Of a stretch of DNA of 64,000 bases, positions 1 to 14,140 are shown piece after piece; the first letter of the stretch is position 1, and every line of letters begins with the position of its first letter. The stretch covers positions 14,260,001 through 14,324,000 of the forward strand of contig OX597815.1 in NCBI GenBank assembly GCA_951406725.2. The letters run 5' to 3'. Made by a program: the position numbers and the translations under genes. Below the pieces are notes generated by a model. The model was not told the origin of the DNA, did not search any database, and saw nothing but the letters and a program-made list of their open reading frames with translations. This stretch comes from Octopus vulgaris (Eukaryota).

Positions 1-400
1 TATCGATAAAACAATTAACAATAGATAGCTTTAAAACATTTTATTAATGTCTGCGTACCGTGATATTTAACGTTTATAAGCAACGATATGCGAAACAATA
101 CCGCCAGATTAGGTGCATAATTATGATGACTATATCACTATAGAAGTTATATAGCAAGGATAGTGATACAGCATACAACTTCTACAAACTCACTGCTCTG
201 ATTCCTTGAAAGGAAACCGAACGGCGAAACTGATAACATACAGATCTCACGAGAGTAAGGCAACAAAGATTTAAGCACAAGGGTTCCAGAGGAAACGATA
301 ACAAACACACAGATGCATGATACATAGGTATATATGAGCGTGTGTGCGTACGCGACTACCAATATATTTATGTATATATATATATATATATATACATCTG

Positions 401-439
<39 letters not shown>

Positions 440-583
440 GTATAGACGCAGGATGTATAGACGCTCACATACACACATATAAATATAATTATATCTATAT
501 ATACATATAAATACATATATAAAATAAGAATAAACACGTGTATACGCACATGCATACGTACATACATATATTATGTATTTATG

Positions 584-624
<41 letters not shown>

Positions 625-647
625 TCACACAAACACACAAACAGACA

Positions 648-773
<126 letters not shown>

Positions 774-1338
774 TAGCTGTCTGTGCGTTTGTACGCTATG
801 TGTTTATGAATAGTTTATGTATAGTTTCAACTACTGGCTCATTAGGAACGTGAAACTACCACGTATGAAATTATTAAAAAACAAAAAACACGGATGAAAA
901 GAAAACGGAAAATTAAATATATCAAAAATATAATGAAGAATCATTCTTCAAACAAATGTACAGAATATTGATTACCAAAAACTAGTGAGATTGATGTTTC
1001 ACGACTAACCTTTTGATTCATTCTCTTGAAGGCTATCATATATTTTTTTCTTCTTTTCCAGACTGAAATTACAACAATATTTCGATTGACTGAGAATTAA
1101 TTACTACTCAAAGTCCTTTAATATAGTTGATAGCAAAACGAAACGAAAATAAATAAATAAATAAATAAACGCTAAGCCTGCTGGGTAACAAAAGGAAACA
1201 AGAAATAAACAAAAGAGGGAAATAAAGAGAATAACAATATTAAATCGATGTACTATTTCATATGTGCGTGTATGTCCGTGCATGGTATGTGTGTGTGACC
1301 CTCTGTATGTCTGTGACTGTGTTTGTGTGTGTGTCTGT

Positions 1339-1432
<94 letters not shown>

Positions 1433-1693
1433 GTATGTTTGGTGGGTTTGTGTGTGTTAATCCCAAATTGTAAATGTGGTTTGCGAGGTTTCCTTTTAAT
1501 ATTTCACAACGGAATCATCATTAATATTATTCCGATGTAGATGTTTTATTCAATGCTCTAACTGACCTTTCACAAAATGTAATAATGAGGAAAGAGATTT
1601 CGGCTGACTAATATGGTATCTGTTGAATGGGAAAGAGGAATTTGTATGGGATTATTGTTATATATATACGAATTCTAATTTCAACATACTGCG

Positions 1694-1729
<36 letters not shown>

Positions 1730-1800
1730 TATATGAACTCACACACACACACATATACATGCATATATATTTATATATACAATATATATATATACATATA

Positions 1801-2119
1801 GGCGCTGGTGTGGCTGTGTGGTTAGAAGCCTTGTGAGTGGATTTGGTAGAGGGAAGCTGAAAGAAGCCCATCATATATAGATATGCATATATTTATGTGT
1901 GTGTATGTGTTTTGTTTGCCCCCCTCTCCATCGCTTGACAACCGATGTTGGTGTGTTTATGTCCTCGTAACTTAGCGGTTCGGCAAAAGCGACTGTTAGA
2001 ATAAGTACCAGGCTCACGGAGAATAAGTCCTGGGGTTGAGTTCTTCGACTGAAACCTTTCAAGCGGTGCTCCAGCACATGGCCGCTGTCAAATGACTTAA
2101 ATAAGTAAAAGAGTAAAGA

Positions 2120-2120
<1 letters not shown>
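1801..2120 (+). mobile_element. tRNA-derived SINE family A (CORE-SINE-like), internally deleted copy
   Basis: Head GGCGCTGGTGTGGCTGTGTGGTT; body and tail GGTGCTCCAGCACATGGCCGCTGTCAAATGAC match the copies at 8336, 51140 and 63071. Confidence 0.85.
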
Positions 2121-2156
<36 letters not shown>

Positions 2157-2879
2157 ACACATATATATATCAAGGTTTGAACAGAAAGAACACAACAAGG
2201 AGAAAATGTTAGATGAAAGCAGAGCAAATAGGAAAACTTAACAGACAGTAAATTTAGTCAAAGACACGATACACGGAATATTCACAGCTTTTCCTCGTCA
2301 GTCAATGACGCAAAATATCATAGTGGTTTCGCGCCATTACTTATATAACATTGACTCAGCTCAGCATTACTTCAAGATTTGTAGGAGCAAAGACTACCTA
2401 AAATTTCAGTCGTCAGAGCTCAACTACTGAATATTTGACAGGACTGCACTAAATAATAATCCTATACTGCTTTCAGTCTTTATAGTTTATACTTACGATA
2501 TTCTCCACTTTGTATCGTTTCTTTTGTAACTACTACGATATGACTTTACTATTATAATTGTAGCCATACATAGGAATATACATATATATATACATTAATA
2601 TACAACTAATGTAGGATAAATTTTTTTTCGAAAAAAATGTTATCAATGGCCAGAATATTAAAAAATACCTTTAAAGGTTAAATTTATAAATAACTTATAA
2701 AATAAGAGCAAAAGAAAAATTATAATGCCAAATATGCCGAAAAAAGACATATTTGTCAATAACCATTATAATTTATGCGTCTCGAAAACAAGCCGATAGA
2801 AATTTCTAAAATAAAACGTTATTACTGTATTGGTCCCAATTTCGGGCTTAATTTATAAGTTTATAACTATTTATATACA

Positions 2880-2914
<35 letters not shown>

Positions 2915-2959
2915 TGTTATTATTGGTATTATATTAGCGCATGCTAATTTAGTTAGCAG

Positions 2960-4110
2960 GTATTTATCTTAAGGTTTGGTAACAATTCCCCTCAAATCTC
3001 AGGAATATTTATTTGGATTCTTGCAGAATATAGGATGGTACTTTTCTGCAGGTCGTCAATGCGAGTTTCAAATTCAATTTTTTCAGCCTTTTTTGTAGCA
3101 TTTTGGGTGTTGTACTTAGTCCCCCAATTGCAACAGGAATAATTGTTATCTTAAATTTTCACAGTCTCTTCAGCTCTCTAGCTAGATCCTGGTATTTCAC
3201 AGGTTTTTCAATTTCTTTCGTATCAACTCTGCTCCCCATAGAGAATCGCAAAATCTGTGATCTTACTTCGTTTGCTTATTTTGTCCTTTGTCATCATATC
3301 TTGTCTTCTTGCTTCATTAGTATGGACAGTCTTTATGCAGAAATCCCACAAGATTTTCTTTTATTCCCACCGTCTATCACAGCCTCTGGTTCATGTTAAT
3401 ACCATTTTTCTGGGGTTTTTTTAAGACACAGTATGTTGCCTACACGGTCATGTCTATGCTTATACTCCTATTGTGTTAGTGTAGCTCACGCACTCAGAAG
3501 AGGATTGATACTTTCGTCTCTTTTTCTGTAAATTCTGTATTTGCTGTCTGGCCGAGTTTTGTCGATCTTTGCCTTTATCAGATTTCTTCTAAGGTCTTGT
3601 TCCTGAGCGGTTATAATTAACGTTTCTGACCCTTATTTCAAATTTCCCATCCGTCAACTAGGATCAGTGATCTTTACTTCCAACATTCTCCGTTGGTTTC
3701 ATGTATTGGCCATGTAATTCCATTTCTTTCCGTTTGTTTTTTTTTCTTCCTTTTCCCTTTGAACTCTCCTATTGTTTCGATAAATTTTTGGGTATCCCTA
3801 TTTGCTGATAGTTTTCTTTCTTTACTCTGCCCAACATAATTTTTCAGGCCCAGTATCGCAATATTAACAGTGTCTTCCGCATTTAGTAATTCTCAGTCAC
3901 CTTCCTTTCTTGGCAGGTAGAACTGATCGATTTTACTTTTAGGATGGAATGCCTTGAGCTTTGGGAACAGCTTTCTAGTTCTTGGATCCAAGTTCGGCAG
4001 CTCGATGTTTGTCCATTTCAGAAAGGGAGTATCTCAGTACGAGCATTGCCCGTGTATTTATGGGTCTAATGATGTTCCCTCGACAGAAAAAAGTCCATTT
4101 CCCCACTGAG
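2960..4110 (-). mobile_element. Degenerate R4/Dong-like non-LTR retrotransposon, C-terminal half (post-RT, zinc-finger region, restriction-like endonuclease)
   Basis: Minus strand reads RTRKL..LKAFHPKSKIDQFYLPRKEG, then ETLIITAQEQDLRRNLIKAKID and EYKHRHDRVG, with many stops and frameshifts; similar to 9622-10942. Confidence 0.8.
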
Positions 4111-5164
4111 CACTTGTTTATGTGTATGTATATATATATATATATATATATGCGTGTGTGTATGTGTGTGTGTGTACGTGTGAGGGTACGTGGGTGGGTG
4201 TCAGTGTGTATTAGACAAAATGAGATAACAAAGCCAGGGATGTGAGGAGGTTAAATAGAGGTGAATATTAGAGTTCGAAATAAGGAATTTTTATGGAAAA
4301 GGAGGCGAAAGGGAATATAGAGGGAAATAAGAGAAAGTATATATGCATGTGTGTATGTATGTATGTATGTATACAAGTGATCAGTGAAGCGTTAATCATG
4401 TTGAACCGTTAATCCCTACATAATTTTCTCTCTCTCCATATATATATAGAGGCGTACGTACACTTTGATCTCTTATTTGTAAATATACATTTTTCTAAAT
4501 CTTGTACGACTCTATTTCTGTCTCTCAGCCTTATCACGCTCATTTGTTCATTCCACTCTTCGTTTTTTCGTTCTCCCTCTCTCACATTTATTTGCCTTCT
4601 CTTCTTGTTCACTTTCCCTCCACTTTTCACTTCACTGTGTCCCAGTAATCCCCCCTCTCCTTAATTCTTCTGTCCCTCTGCTTCTACTTCTCTCTCTTCT
4701 CTCTCTTCTCTCCCCACGTGACCGGCGTTCTGACAAGTCTGTTCTTTCTTTCTTGGTCTGGCCGTTGTCCGTGCAACATCGATATTCCTCCTTGTGTTTG
4801 TGAAATCTTGTATCTCTGCCTAAGGCTTCATTTCCACACACGCCAGCTTAATTTAGTTCGTCCTTAGTCGAAAGACACCTGTTGTTATTTTTATTGTATT
4901 TGTGTAATGTCCGTTTTGTCCGTCCTTGTTTTTGTAAACATTTGCTGCTTTCTTCCAAGGAATCTAATACACTTACTTTAGTCTTTCCTTGGGGCTGGCC
5001 AGATTGGAGCAATCTCAAGTATAATCAGCCGAAATTGCGAAGATAATCTGGTACTTGACTGAGGAAAGAAAACTTCAAATGACCTGTGCTTGTTTTCTTT
5101 GTATCATCTTTCTTGTATCACCTAGCTGTCTGGATGTTTTGCGTTCTTGTCCCAATTTGTATTT

Positions 5165-5249
<85 letters not shown>

Positions 5250-5283
5250 CGGTGTACGTACACTTTGGTCTCTCTGTCTCTCC

Positions 5284-5336
<53 letters not shown>

Positions 5337-5337
5337 G

Positions 5338-5375
<38 letters not shown>

Positions 5376-6042
5376 ATGTATATTTTTTTTTTTTTTTGTA
5401 GGAATTCAGTTGTATAATATATGAGCTAAACTGTGGTTAAGCAGCATCACCATCAACGGTTTCGGAAATATTTATGAATTTAGCCTGCTGAAATATTATC
5501 CGAGTTTCTCCGAATCATTGTCTCTTTCCTTAGCAAATGAAGGATATATTCTTACCAAATGAAGTCTCTCATTCTAGGTAACATAGGTTTGAATACCTGT
5601 CATTATATGTCAGTTTCATTGCTTTGGAGTTGGCATTCAAAAACAAAAACATATAGCGGATAAAAAGAATATTCGCTTCTTATATCCACACGCTTCAAAA
5701 TGTCCAAATCTAAGCTTATATTCCCACATACATAACACTAGTATATCATACACGCACACACAAACATATATGTTTAGCTAGATAGATGATTAGGTGCCTA
5801 TACGTGTGGATATGAATATATATGTATATATGTATGTATATATGTATGTATATATGTATATACAGTATGTGTGTGTTTAAAAGATAATCGAAAGTGCTGA
5901 CACACACTAGAAAGACATTTCTTTTAAAAAGGTTAATGATGTTCTGATAAAGAATTTACAACTTTTTTAAAGGATTTTTTAAAAGTCTTTTTTATACTTA
6001 GTAAAACTCTATAAAGTAATTTTCACAGACTTTAAACAGATG

Positions 6043-6118
<76 letters not shown>

Positions 6119-6119
<1 letters not shown>

Positions 6120-6597
6120 GCTTCTTTATTGGCCACACAGGGCTGCACACAGATGGGACAAGTTACAAGGTAGAGCTTTTATTTTGGGGGATGAAAAAAA
6201 CAAAACACAAAAGAAAAAAAAAAGGTGTGGCGTAGGTTTTCGATCAAGAGGGATCGTAAAAGGGAAGAAAAGAACAAAAAAAATAAATAAATAAAATAAA
6301 AATAGATAGATAGATAGATAGATAGATATGTTTCTTTATTAGCCACACAGGGCTGCACACAGATAGAACAAATTACAAGGTAGAGCTTTTCTTTTGAAGG
6401 TTTAAAAAAAAAATTTTTTTTTAAAATAAAAAATAAAAAATAATAAAATAACAAATAAAATAAAATAAAAAAGGGGGGTCGATCAAAAGGGATCGTAAAA
6501 GGAGAGAAAGAGGACAAAAAAAGGGGGGGTTAAAAAAAAAGGGGGAGAGGAAAAAAAATTGATCAATAGGGATCGTTATCACAGAAATGTCAATATG

Positions 6598-6600
<3 letters not shown>
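6119..6600 (-). mobile_element. Two tandem 3' ends of an L1/Tx1-like element inserted in a (GATA)n microsatellite
   Basis: Both copies (3' ends near 6119 and 6329) end ...GTGCAGCCCTGTGTGG(C/T)..AATAAAGAA and run directly into (TATC)n; the upstream sequence is T-rich and 3'UTR-like. Confidence 0.6.
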
Positions 6601-6695
<95 letters not shown>

Positions 6696-6855
6696 CACCA
6701 GAGTAAGCAAATAAATGTGAAACAATGTGGGAAGAATTGTGCTCGAATACTGGACGTAGAATAATATGCTTCATTGACAAAGCTGTAAAGGCATCACAAA
6801 AACTATTACTCAGATTTTCACGTTCCCCGACGAACGGGAACGTGAAACTCTGATG

Positions 6856-7345
6856 TCCTTGCAAAGATGCAAAGGTACTACGGGATTTTATGATTCAGTG
6901 CGACCATGAGGTAGAGAATAGGAAGACGGACATAGTTTTAATTGAGAAAGAAAATAAACTATGCTGGATCATAGACATAGCATGCCCAGCTGACAGCGAT
7001 AAGGAAAAAAGAAAAGTCGAGAGATATGAGAAGTTAGCTTGGGAAGATAAGCAGTCGTGGTCGATGAAAAAGGTAGCAGTAGTACCAGTAATTGTCGGAG
7101 CACTGGGAACAGTGAGATCACCTATATGTCTCTCATCAAGTAAGCTACCACTACGCTTTTCCTGTGCTATGAGATTACACATATTAGTAAGAACTGTATT
7201 TTCATTGTTATCTCTGATGCTATTGTCCATGACCCGTCTTTTGATAGCTTCAAGCTCTACTTCCGTGAACCAACAATTTTTTTCTTATTGCTCTAGCTTG
7301 ATCACATAGACTCTGTTCCGTGAGTTGAAACACTCCCTTTTCCAT
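6856..7345. mobile_element. Rearranged R4/Dong-like LINE: plus-strand endonuclease fragment (6856-7111) fused to an inverted N-terminal fragment (7112-7345)
   Basis: Plus strand: IQCDHEVENRKTDIVLIEK...IIDIACP...KVERYEKL...VVPVIVGALG (PD-(D/E)xK endonuclease). Minus strand: MDNSIRDNNENTVLTNM matches the plus-strand sequence near 52558-52670. Confidence 0.8.
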
Positions 7346-7669
7346 CCAATGATCAACCGTCAAATGTAAATAATGTACATAATATCTCATCTCTTCAATA
7401 TAGAACTGTAGTAAAAAGAAAGGTCAAAAGAGACGAAAAATATATTTTTTTAAAAATCTCTACTAACGAATATTAGGATTCATGCGTCTAAATATGCATA
7501 CGTGCATTTACGCATGAATAGGTTTGGATATATGCACATATATATACGCATATTTATATATGTATACACACAGATACACACGTACACACCCAAATATATA
7601 TTACACGCATAAATACACATATGCATCTTTACGAATATATCTTAATAGGTAGACAGACAGACTGGCAGA

Positions 7670-7985
<316 letters not shown>

Positions 7986-8200
7986 AGATTTCTTTACTAC
8001 CCACAAGGGGCTAAACACAGAGAGGACAAACAAGGACAGACAAACGGATTAAGTCGATTATATCGACCCCAGTGCGCAACTGGTACTTATTTAATCGACC
8101 CCGAAAGGATGAATGACAAAGTCGATCTCGGCGGAATTTGAACTCAGAACGTAACGGCAGACGAAATACGGCTACGCATTTCGCCCGGCGTGCTAACGTT
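7986..8200 (-). mobile_element. SINE family B with Tx1-like tail, inserted in (GATA)n
   Basis: AACGTTAGCACGCCGGGCGAAAT...GTTCAAATTCC (B box)...CCTTTCGGGGTCGAT...AGCCCCTTGTGGGTAGTAAAAGAAAT. Confidence 0.9.
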
Positions 8201-8335
8201 AGATAGAAAGATAGATAGACAGACAGACAGACAGGCATGCATGCATGCACACACACATACATATATACATACATACATACATACATACATACATACATAC
8301 ATACATACATACATACATACATACGTACATACATA

Positions 8336-8740
8336 GGCGCAGGAGTGGCTGTGTGGTAAGTAGCTTGCTTACCAGCCACATGGTTCCGGGTTCAGTCCCA
8401 CTGCGTGGTACCTTGGACAAGTGTATTCTACTATAGCCTCGGGCCGACCAAAGCCTTGTTAGTGGATTTGGTAGATGGAAACTGAAAGAAGCCAGTCGTA
8501 TATATATGTATATATATATATATGCGTGTGTGTGTTTGTGTGTCTGTGTTTGTCCCCCTAGCATTGTTTGACAACCGATGCTGGTGTGTTTATGTCTCCG
8601 TTACTTAGCGGTTCGGCAAAAGGGACCGATAGAATAAGTACTGAGCTTACAAAAGAATAAGTCCCGGGGTCGAGTTGCTCGATTAAAGGCGGTGCTCCAG
8701 CATGGCCGCAGTCAAATGACTGAAACAAGTAAAAAAAAAA
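8336..8740 (+). mobile_element. Full-length SINE family A (tRNA head, CORE-like box, internal TA/TG repeat, LINE-like tail)
   Basis: A box TGGCTGTGTGG, B-box-like GGTTCAGTCCC, CORE-like ACCTTGGACAAGTG, tail CCAGCATGGCCGCAGTCAAATGACTGAAACAAGTAAAA. Confidence 0.9.
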
Positions 8741-9231
8741 TACATAATACATACATACATACATACATACATACATACATACATACATACATACATACAT
8801 ACATACATACATACATGTACACTTGTCAGGCATCTTAGGAGATAAGCATGTTTATTAATATCTTCAGGAATAATCTATTGCAATATAGTGAATTTATGTC
8901 TCGTAAATAATTGGAAATCGTGCTATAGAGAATCAGAATGGAATGACAGCAAAAGACAGTATGTGTCACAGAGATTTATTTACTTCGGCTATTGCAAATG
9001 GACGAGCCATCAAATATTACCATAGAATAAAAAAAAAAAACATTTAGTTAAATTAGATGGACGAGACAGAATTATTGGCAGGCTGCTTCGCCCCAATAAA
9101 GCGATGTCTATGAGGTTAAGACTTGTATGAATATCTTGTGAGAGATTGGTTAAATATTCTCCGCTCTATGAAAATATCTTTCTTATCAAAAGAAGAAAAA
9201 GACAAAATAGCCTCAGCTTGCTCTTCTTTGT

Positions 9232-9280
<49 letters not shown>

Positions 9281-9328
9281 CATCATCATCATTATTATTA
9301 GTATTACTAATATTATTATTATTATTAA

Positions 9329-9536
9329 GGTGATGAGCTGACAAAATCGTAACCACGCCGGACAAAATGGTTAGTGTCCACCTTTATGTTCTGAGTTCAA
9401 ATTCCGCCAGGGCCGACTTTACCTTTCATCCTTTTGGGGTCGATATATTAGGTACCAGTAAAACACTGAAGTCGATGTAATTGACTAGTCCCTTCCCCAC
9501 AAATTTCAGGCCTTGTGCCTTCAGTAGAAAGGATTA

Positions 9537-9621
<85 letters not shown>
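9329..9621 (+). mobile_element. SINE family B with (ATT)n tail
   Basis: Family B body ending AATTTCAGGCCTTGTGCCTTCAGTAGAAAGG(ATT)n; also flanked upstream by (ATT)n. Confidence 0.85.
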
Positions 9622-10942
9622 AGACATCGTACAGTATCCAATATCGTGATGTTGTTGATTGAAGATACTGTGTTTACCAGAGGTTAGTACTCTTTGTCAA
9701 GTCACATCAAGGACCTCAGACCGTCAGTACTTAACGCAATATGTGTGCAGTTCCAAATAATGCCGATTTTTGCAATACACCTAGATCGAAGGTGTTTCGG
9801 ATTGGGTGGTATTGAACCCTATGTTCCGATGTCAACAGAGACAACCTTTATATTTGACTCTGGTAACTGTCACATCTTAGCAATCTCAATTCTCTGGTCT
9901 CCATATTTATCAATCTTTTATCTTTTTTTCATGATGATATGTTGATCTCCCGGCACTGCCACGTCAATTATTAGGCAGTCTTATTTGTCCTCCCTCAAGG
10001 TTACTATATTCGGCATTCGGTGCTCTAGCACCTTGTCTGTCTGGAAGTCAAAGTCGCAGAAGATTTTTGTTTTCCCCTTTTCGTTCATTATCTTTTCTGG
10101 TGTGTGTCTGTTCCAAGCACCCGTTACCTCGTATGCATACTTCCGGCATAATAACTAGTGATGGTTTTGGGTTACCTTTTCGTGTCTGGGTATGTACTCT
10201 TTCTGTGCAAGACGTTCACAAGCACTAACCATGTAAGTTACGCTGTCAACCCTCTTACCACACATTCTGCTGAGGTTCGTTGCACTTGTATGGTATATAT
10301 CCCTTTTCACTGAGTTTGTATTGAATGCCTGATCTTGGGTAGCGATGATTAGGCTTTCAGTCTTCTTTTTTAGCTTACCCTTGCTGAGCCACTTCATGAT
10401 GCTTCCTGGTCTTTTAAGTTGTTAGTTTTACGGTGAAATTGACCATGTAGTTCCATGCGGAGTAGGGGTTCTTCCCTCTCATTGGCTATTCGTGATCGGA
10501 ATTCATTTGGTAAATCCTACATTAGCAGCATACTGTAGCAGGCCTTGTTGCTGTTTACCAAATATTCTGCCATTTTTCGAGTAGTGCGATCGAGTTGGTT
10601 AACCTCCGCTCGTATCCATTTGAGGATCGGTGCACTGTTACGGACTACAGCAACAGTCCATATGTTGATAGCAGTTACAAGGTTCCTTGAGTTGAGTTTT
10701 GACTTCAAGAGAAGTTTAAGGTGCTTCAAATATGCATTTATGACCTTGCCTTTCATTTCTCTGTGCAAGATATTGTCCAGCCCCAGAATTCCATGGTGCT
10801 AGTACCCATCATCAACCAGGTCTTCCATTCGATCTTCGCTTGGCAATTCTACAGCCCTACAATCTGCTCTTTTTCCTCAAAGTGAGTACCGCACACTTCG
10901 AGATAACGAATTCCATCACCATATCCTTGCTGAAAATTTGCA
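9622..10942 (-). mobile_element. 5'-truncated R4/Dong-like LINE ending in (TAA)n
   Basis: IFSKDMVMEFVISKCA, LKSKLNSRNLVTAINIW and WLSKGKLKKKTESLIIATQDQAFNTN...RMC...VSACERLAQKEY.RHEKV; the 3' end abuts (TAA)n on the element strand. Confidence 0.85.
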
Positions 10943-10950
10943 GCAGCAGC

Positions 10951-11025
<75 letters not shown>

Positions 11026-11053
11026 TGTGGTGGTGGTGGTGGTGGTGGTAGCT

Positions 11054-11130
<77 letters not shown>
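10941..11130. repeat. (AGT)n/(GGT)n/(AGC)n compound trinucleotide repeat
   Basis: Seen directly. Confidence 0.95.
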
Positions 11131-11131
<1 letters not shown>

Positions 11132-12316
11132 TCCGATATTTGGTAATTTCAGGCAAATTTCTACTGCATCATCTACTACAGCTCTGTGATACTGGGATGT
11201 ATACAGCACTGTGTGTTCTGTTTTGCTGTTGGAGGAGTGCAAACTCTTCCCATTATTGTGCCGTATGTATAATGCGTTGGTTAATAGACTGCTGGTGGTT
11301 GTTTATTTATTGGATATTTGCTATATAGTGTATTACTTGTGTTTGTAGATTGTTTTTTTGCGGGGGAGGGATGGTATCATTAAATTGATAGTGTCTTGTG
11401 AAGGGTATGGGCTGTTTTTTTTGTTTTGTTTTTTGGATAGTGTGTAGTGTTGAGGGTCCAGGTATAGATTCTTATTATTACCTGACCAATGTAATGGAAA
11501 CAACATAAGACGACGACTGCAGGATATATCATGTGATTTCTTCAGTCTTATCTCCATCTGTTGTGTCACGCGATGTTCACCGCTGATACAGAACAACAAC
11601 TTTTTTAAGGGTTTTTTTTTAATAGGAGTCAGACTGAAGCATCTAACATTTTGAGGTCATAAAAGCATTTGATACGATATTGCGTCTGCTACTACTGCGT
11701 TTTCCTATAATATATAATTTCAAATTATGTACTGCATTTAGATGCATCTTATATGTTGTTTCGACCTGCTAAACATAGCAACTAATTTCTATCAAATTAC
11801 AACATACTCACTAAATTTTCCCCACTGTATAGAATGTCAGACAAGTGGAACATAACCTTTACTGAGGTATTGATTACTGATGAAATTCTAAAGGAAATCT
11901 TCGCCCCTGCATATACATAAATATTATATACACAGAATGAAGGCAACCATGGGTGTGTTGCAGATTAGACAACAGAATAGCTACGTTCGATAATCACACA
12001 TTGATCCGAATACTTTCCTTTACACTGTAGTCTGCAACCAACTAACCGGGCACGACTAATAAGAATTAGTGAAAACCCGTGAACATTAATCATATCTTTT
12101 CTGCAGGACTCTGTTCACCTGTAATTAACTAGTAATTTCATGCTACTTAGCAATTATTCATTTAGTCAGTAAGCAGTATCGTAATATTAAGCGTTAAGAT
12201 ATCCGCAAGGACATTGATAAAATATTAGCGACCAGGAAAAAAATATTTTCCATGCGTTTTTATACATTCAGGCAGAGTGACTCTTCCCACTTATGCATCG
12301 GAGTATTTCTAGAAAT

Positions 12317-12897
12317 AAAATGATATAAACAAATTTAAAATCGATCTGCCCCTTGTAGAATACGCTTCCATTTTTATTATAGCAAAATGATGTTAACAAA
12401 TTTAAAATTGATCTACCCCTTGTAGAATACGCTTCCATTTTTATTATAGCAAAATGATGTTAACAAATTTAAAATTGATCTACCCCTTGTAGAATACGCT
12501 TCCGTTTTTATTATAGCAAAATGATGTTAACAAATTTAAAATCGATCTGCCCCTTAAGAATACGTTTCATTTTATCAAATTTAAAATCGATCTACCCCTT
12601 GTAGAATACGCTTCCATTTTTATTATAGCAAAATGATGTTAACAAATTTAAAATTGATCTACCCCTTGTAGAATACGCTTCCATTTTTATTATAGCAAAA
12701 TGATGTTAACAAATTTAAAATCGATCTACCCCTTGTAGAATACGCTTCCATTTTTATTATAGCAAAATGATGTTAACAAATTTAAAATCGATCTACCCCT
12801 TGTAGAATACGCTTCCATTTTTATTATAGCAAAATGATATAAACAAATTTAAAATCGATCTACCCCTTGTAGAATACGCTTCCGTTTTTATTATTGC
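12317..12897. repeat. 67-bp tandem minisatellite, about 8-9 units, one partly deleted
   Basis: Unit AAAATGATGTTAACAAATTTAAAATYGATCTACCCCTTGTAGAATACGCTTCCATTTTTATTATAGC; period 67 (ATCTACCCC at 12411 and 12478). Confidence 0.95.
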
Positions 12898-13929
12898 AGA
12901 ATGTGTGGTCTGTTTTGCATTTTTGAACAAAAGTCTGGAATTGGTGAAATGTTTCAGGAACTTCCATCGATATGTAATAGAGGAATTTTCTGACTTAGCA
13001 AACATGCTAAAATAGTTTATCTCTTGCATAACGCGTTTGACATACACTGAAAGGTTATCATATAAATACAAACATTAATTTCCTAATACAGAAACGTTAT
13101 TAGCAATAAATTCCTTCAAGCTTACATTTAATACGCATGTAATATTCAAGATACAGAAGACGTAAAATCACCAGCCGTTGTTACAAATGAGAAACGTCTA
13201 AAAGTTATGTTATATGCTTGACAATTGAATATATAAATGTTTAAGGTATTTTCAAACAATTTTCTAGCAACCAATCAAATCTCTGTTTACTAGTGAGAAG
13301 GGAGATTTAGATGTGTTTGTGAATATTTTGCATTAAACATAATGTCATACGGGTTCTTTATGCGTTTCAATAAACATTAAGCACGTTTCGGTGTTATGAT
13401 TCAAGAATATTTAGCTTCTAATCAATTATAAGAACAGATATATATATATATATATATCTGTGTGTGTGTGTGTTTTATTACTGATTCAGCAAAATATTTT
13501 AATTTCCGGACCAGAGTCGGTAACTATCAGTTTCAGACGTAAATTTATTCAGTTATTATTATCTACATTAGACCGAAAAATCTGTTCATATTCATCTCGT
13601 ATGCTTTCAAAAATAGCCGTTACCTTTTATGATTTTATGATCCATTTTCCTTTCATCGTCGTTTATAGGCACTATTATATTGTTGTCCTTTCTCTTTCCT
13701 TTTTCGTTATTTTTGTCGTAAGAGTAAACAAATAGATTTTTCTTTACTAGTCGGTAAGGCTTAATCACATTTTTTTTTTTCGTGACCTTTGTCTGATCTC
13801 TCTTCAAGTCACTAAACCTTAACTATAAATTCTTCGGTCATTTTTTTTGGCTTCCATTGTATCAATCCCTAAAAATAATATCACATGCTTTCACAGACAA
13901 TATAAACTGTCTATATATAGATTTTCGAA

Positions 13930-14140
13930 GGTGGCGAGATGACAGAATCGTTAGCACGACGGGCAAAATGCTCAGTGGTATTTTATTCGTTCTTACGTTC
14001 TGCGTTTAAATTCCGTCGACTTTGTCTTTCATCCTTTCGAGATCGATAAAATAAGTAACGGTTGAGTACTGGAAACAATATAAATGACTTACTCCACCGC
14101 CGAAATTGTTGGCTTAGTGACAAAATTTGAAATCAATATA
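13930..14140 (+). mobile_element. Diverged SINE family B
   Basis: GGTGGCGAGATGACAGAATCGTTAGCAC...TTTCATCCTTTCGAGATCGATAAA. Confidence 0.8.

Noticed and set aside
12317-12897. Regular repeats suggesting a CRISPR array
   Set aside because: Units are contiguous with no unique spacers, no cas genes are present, and the context is eukaryotic.
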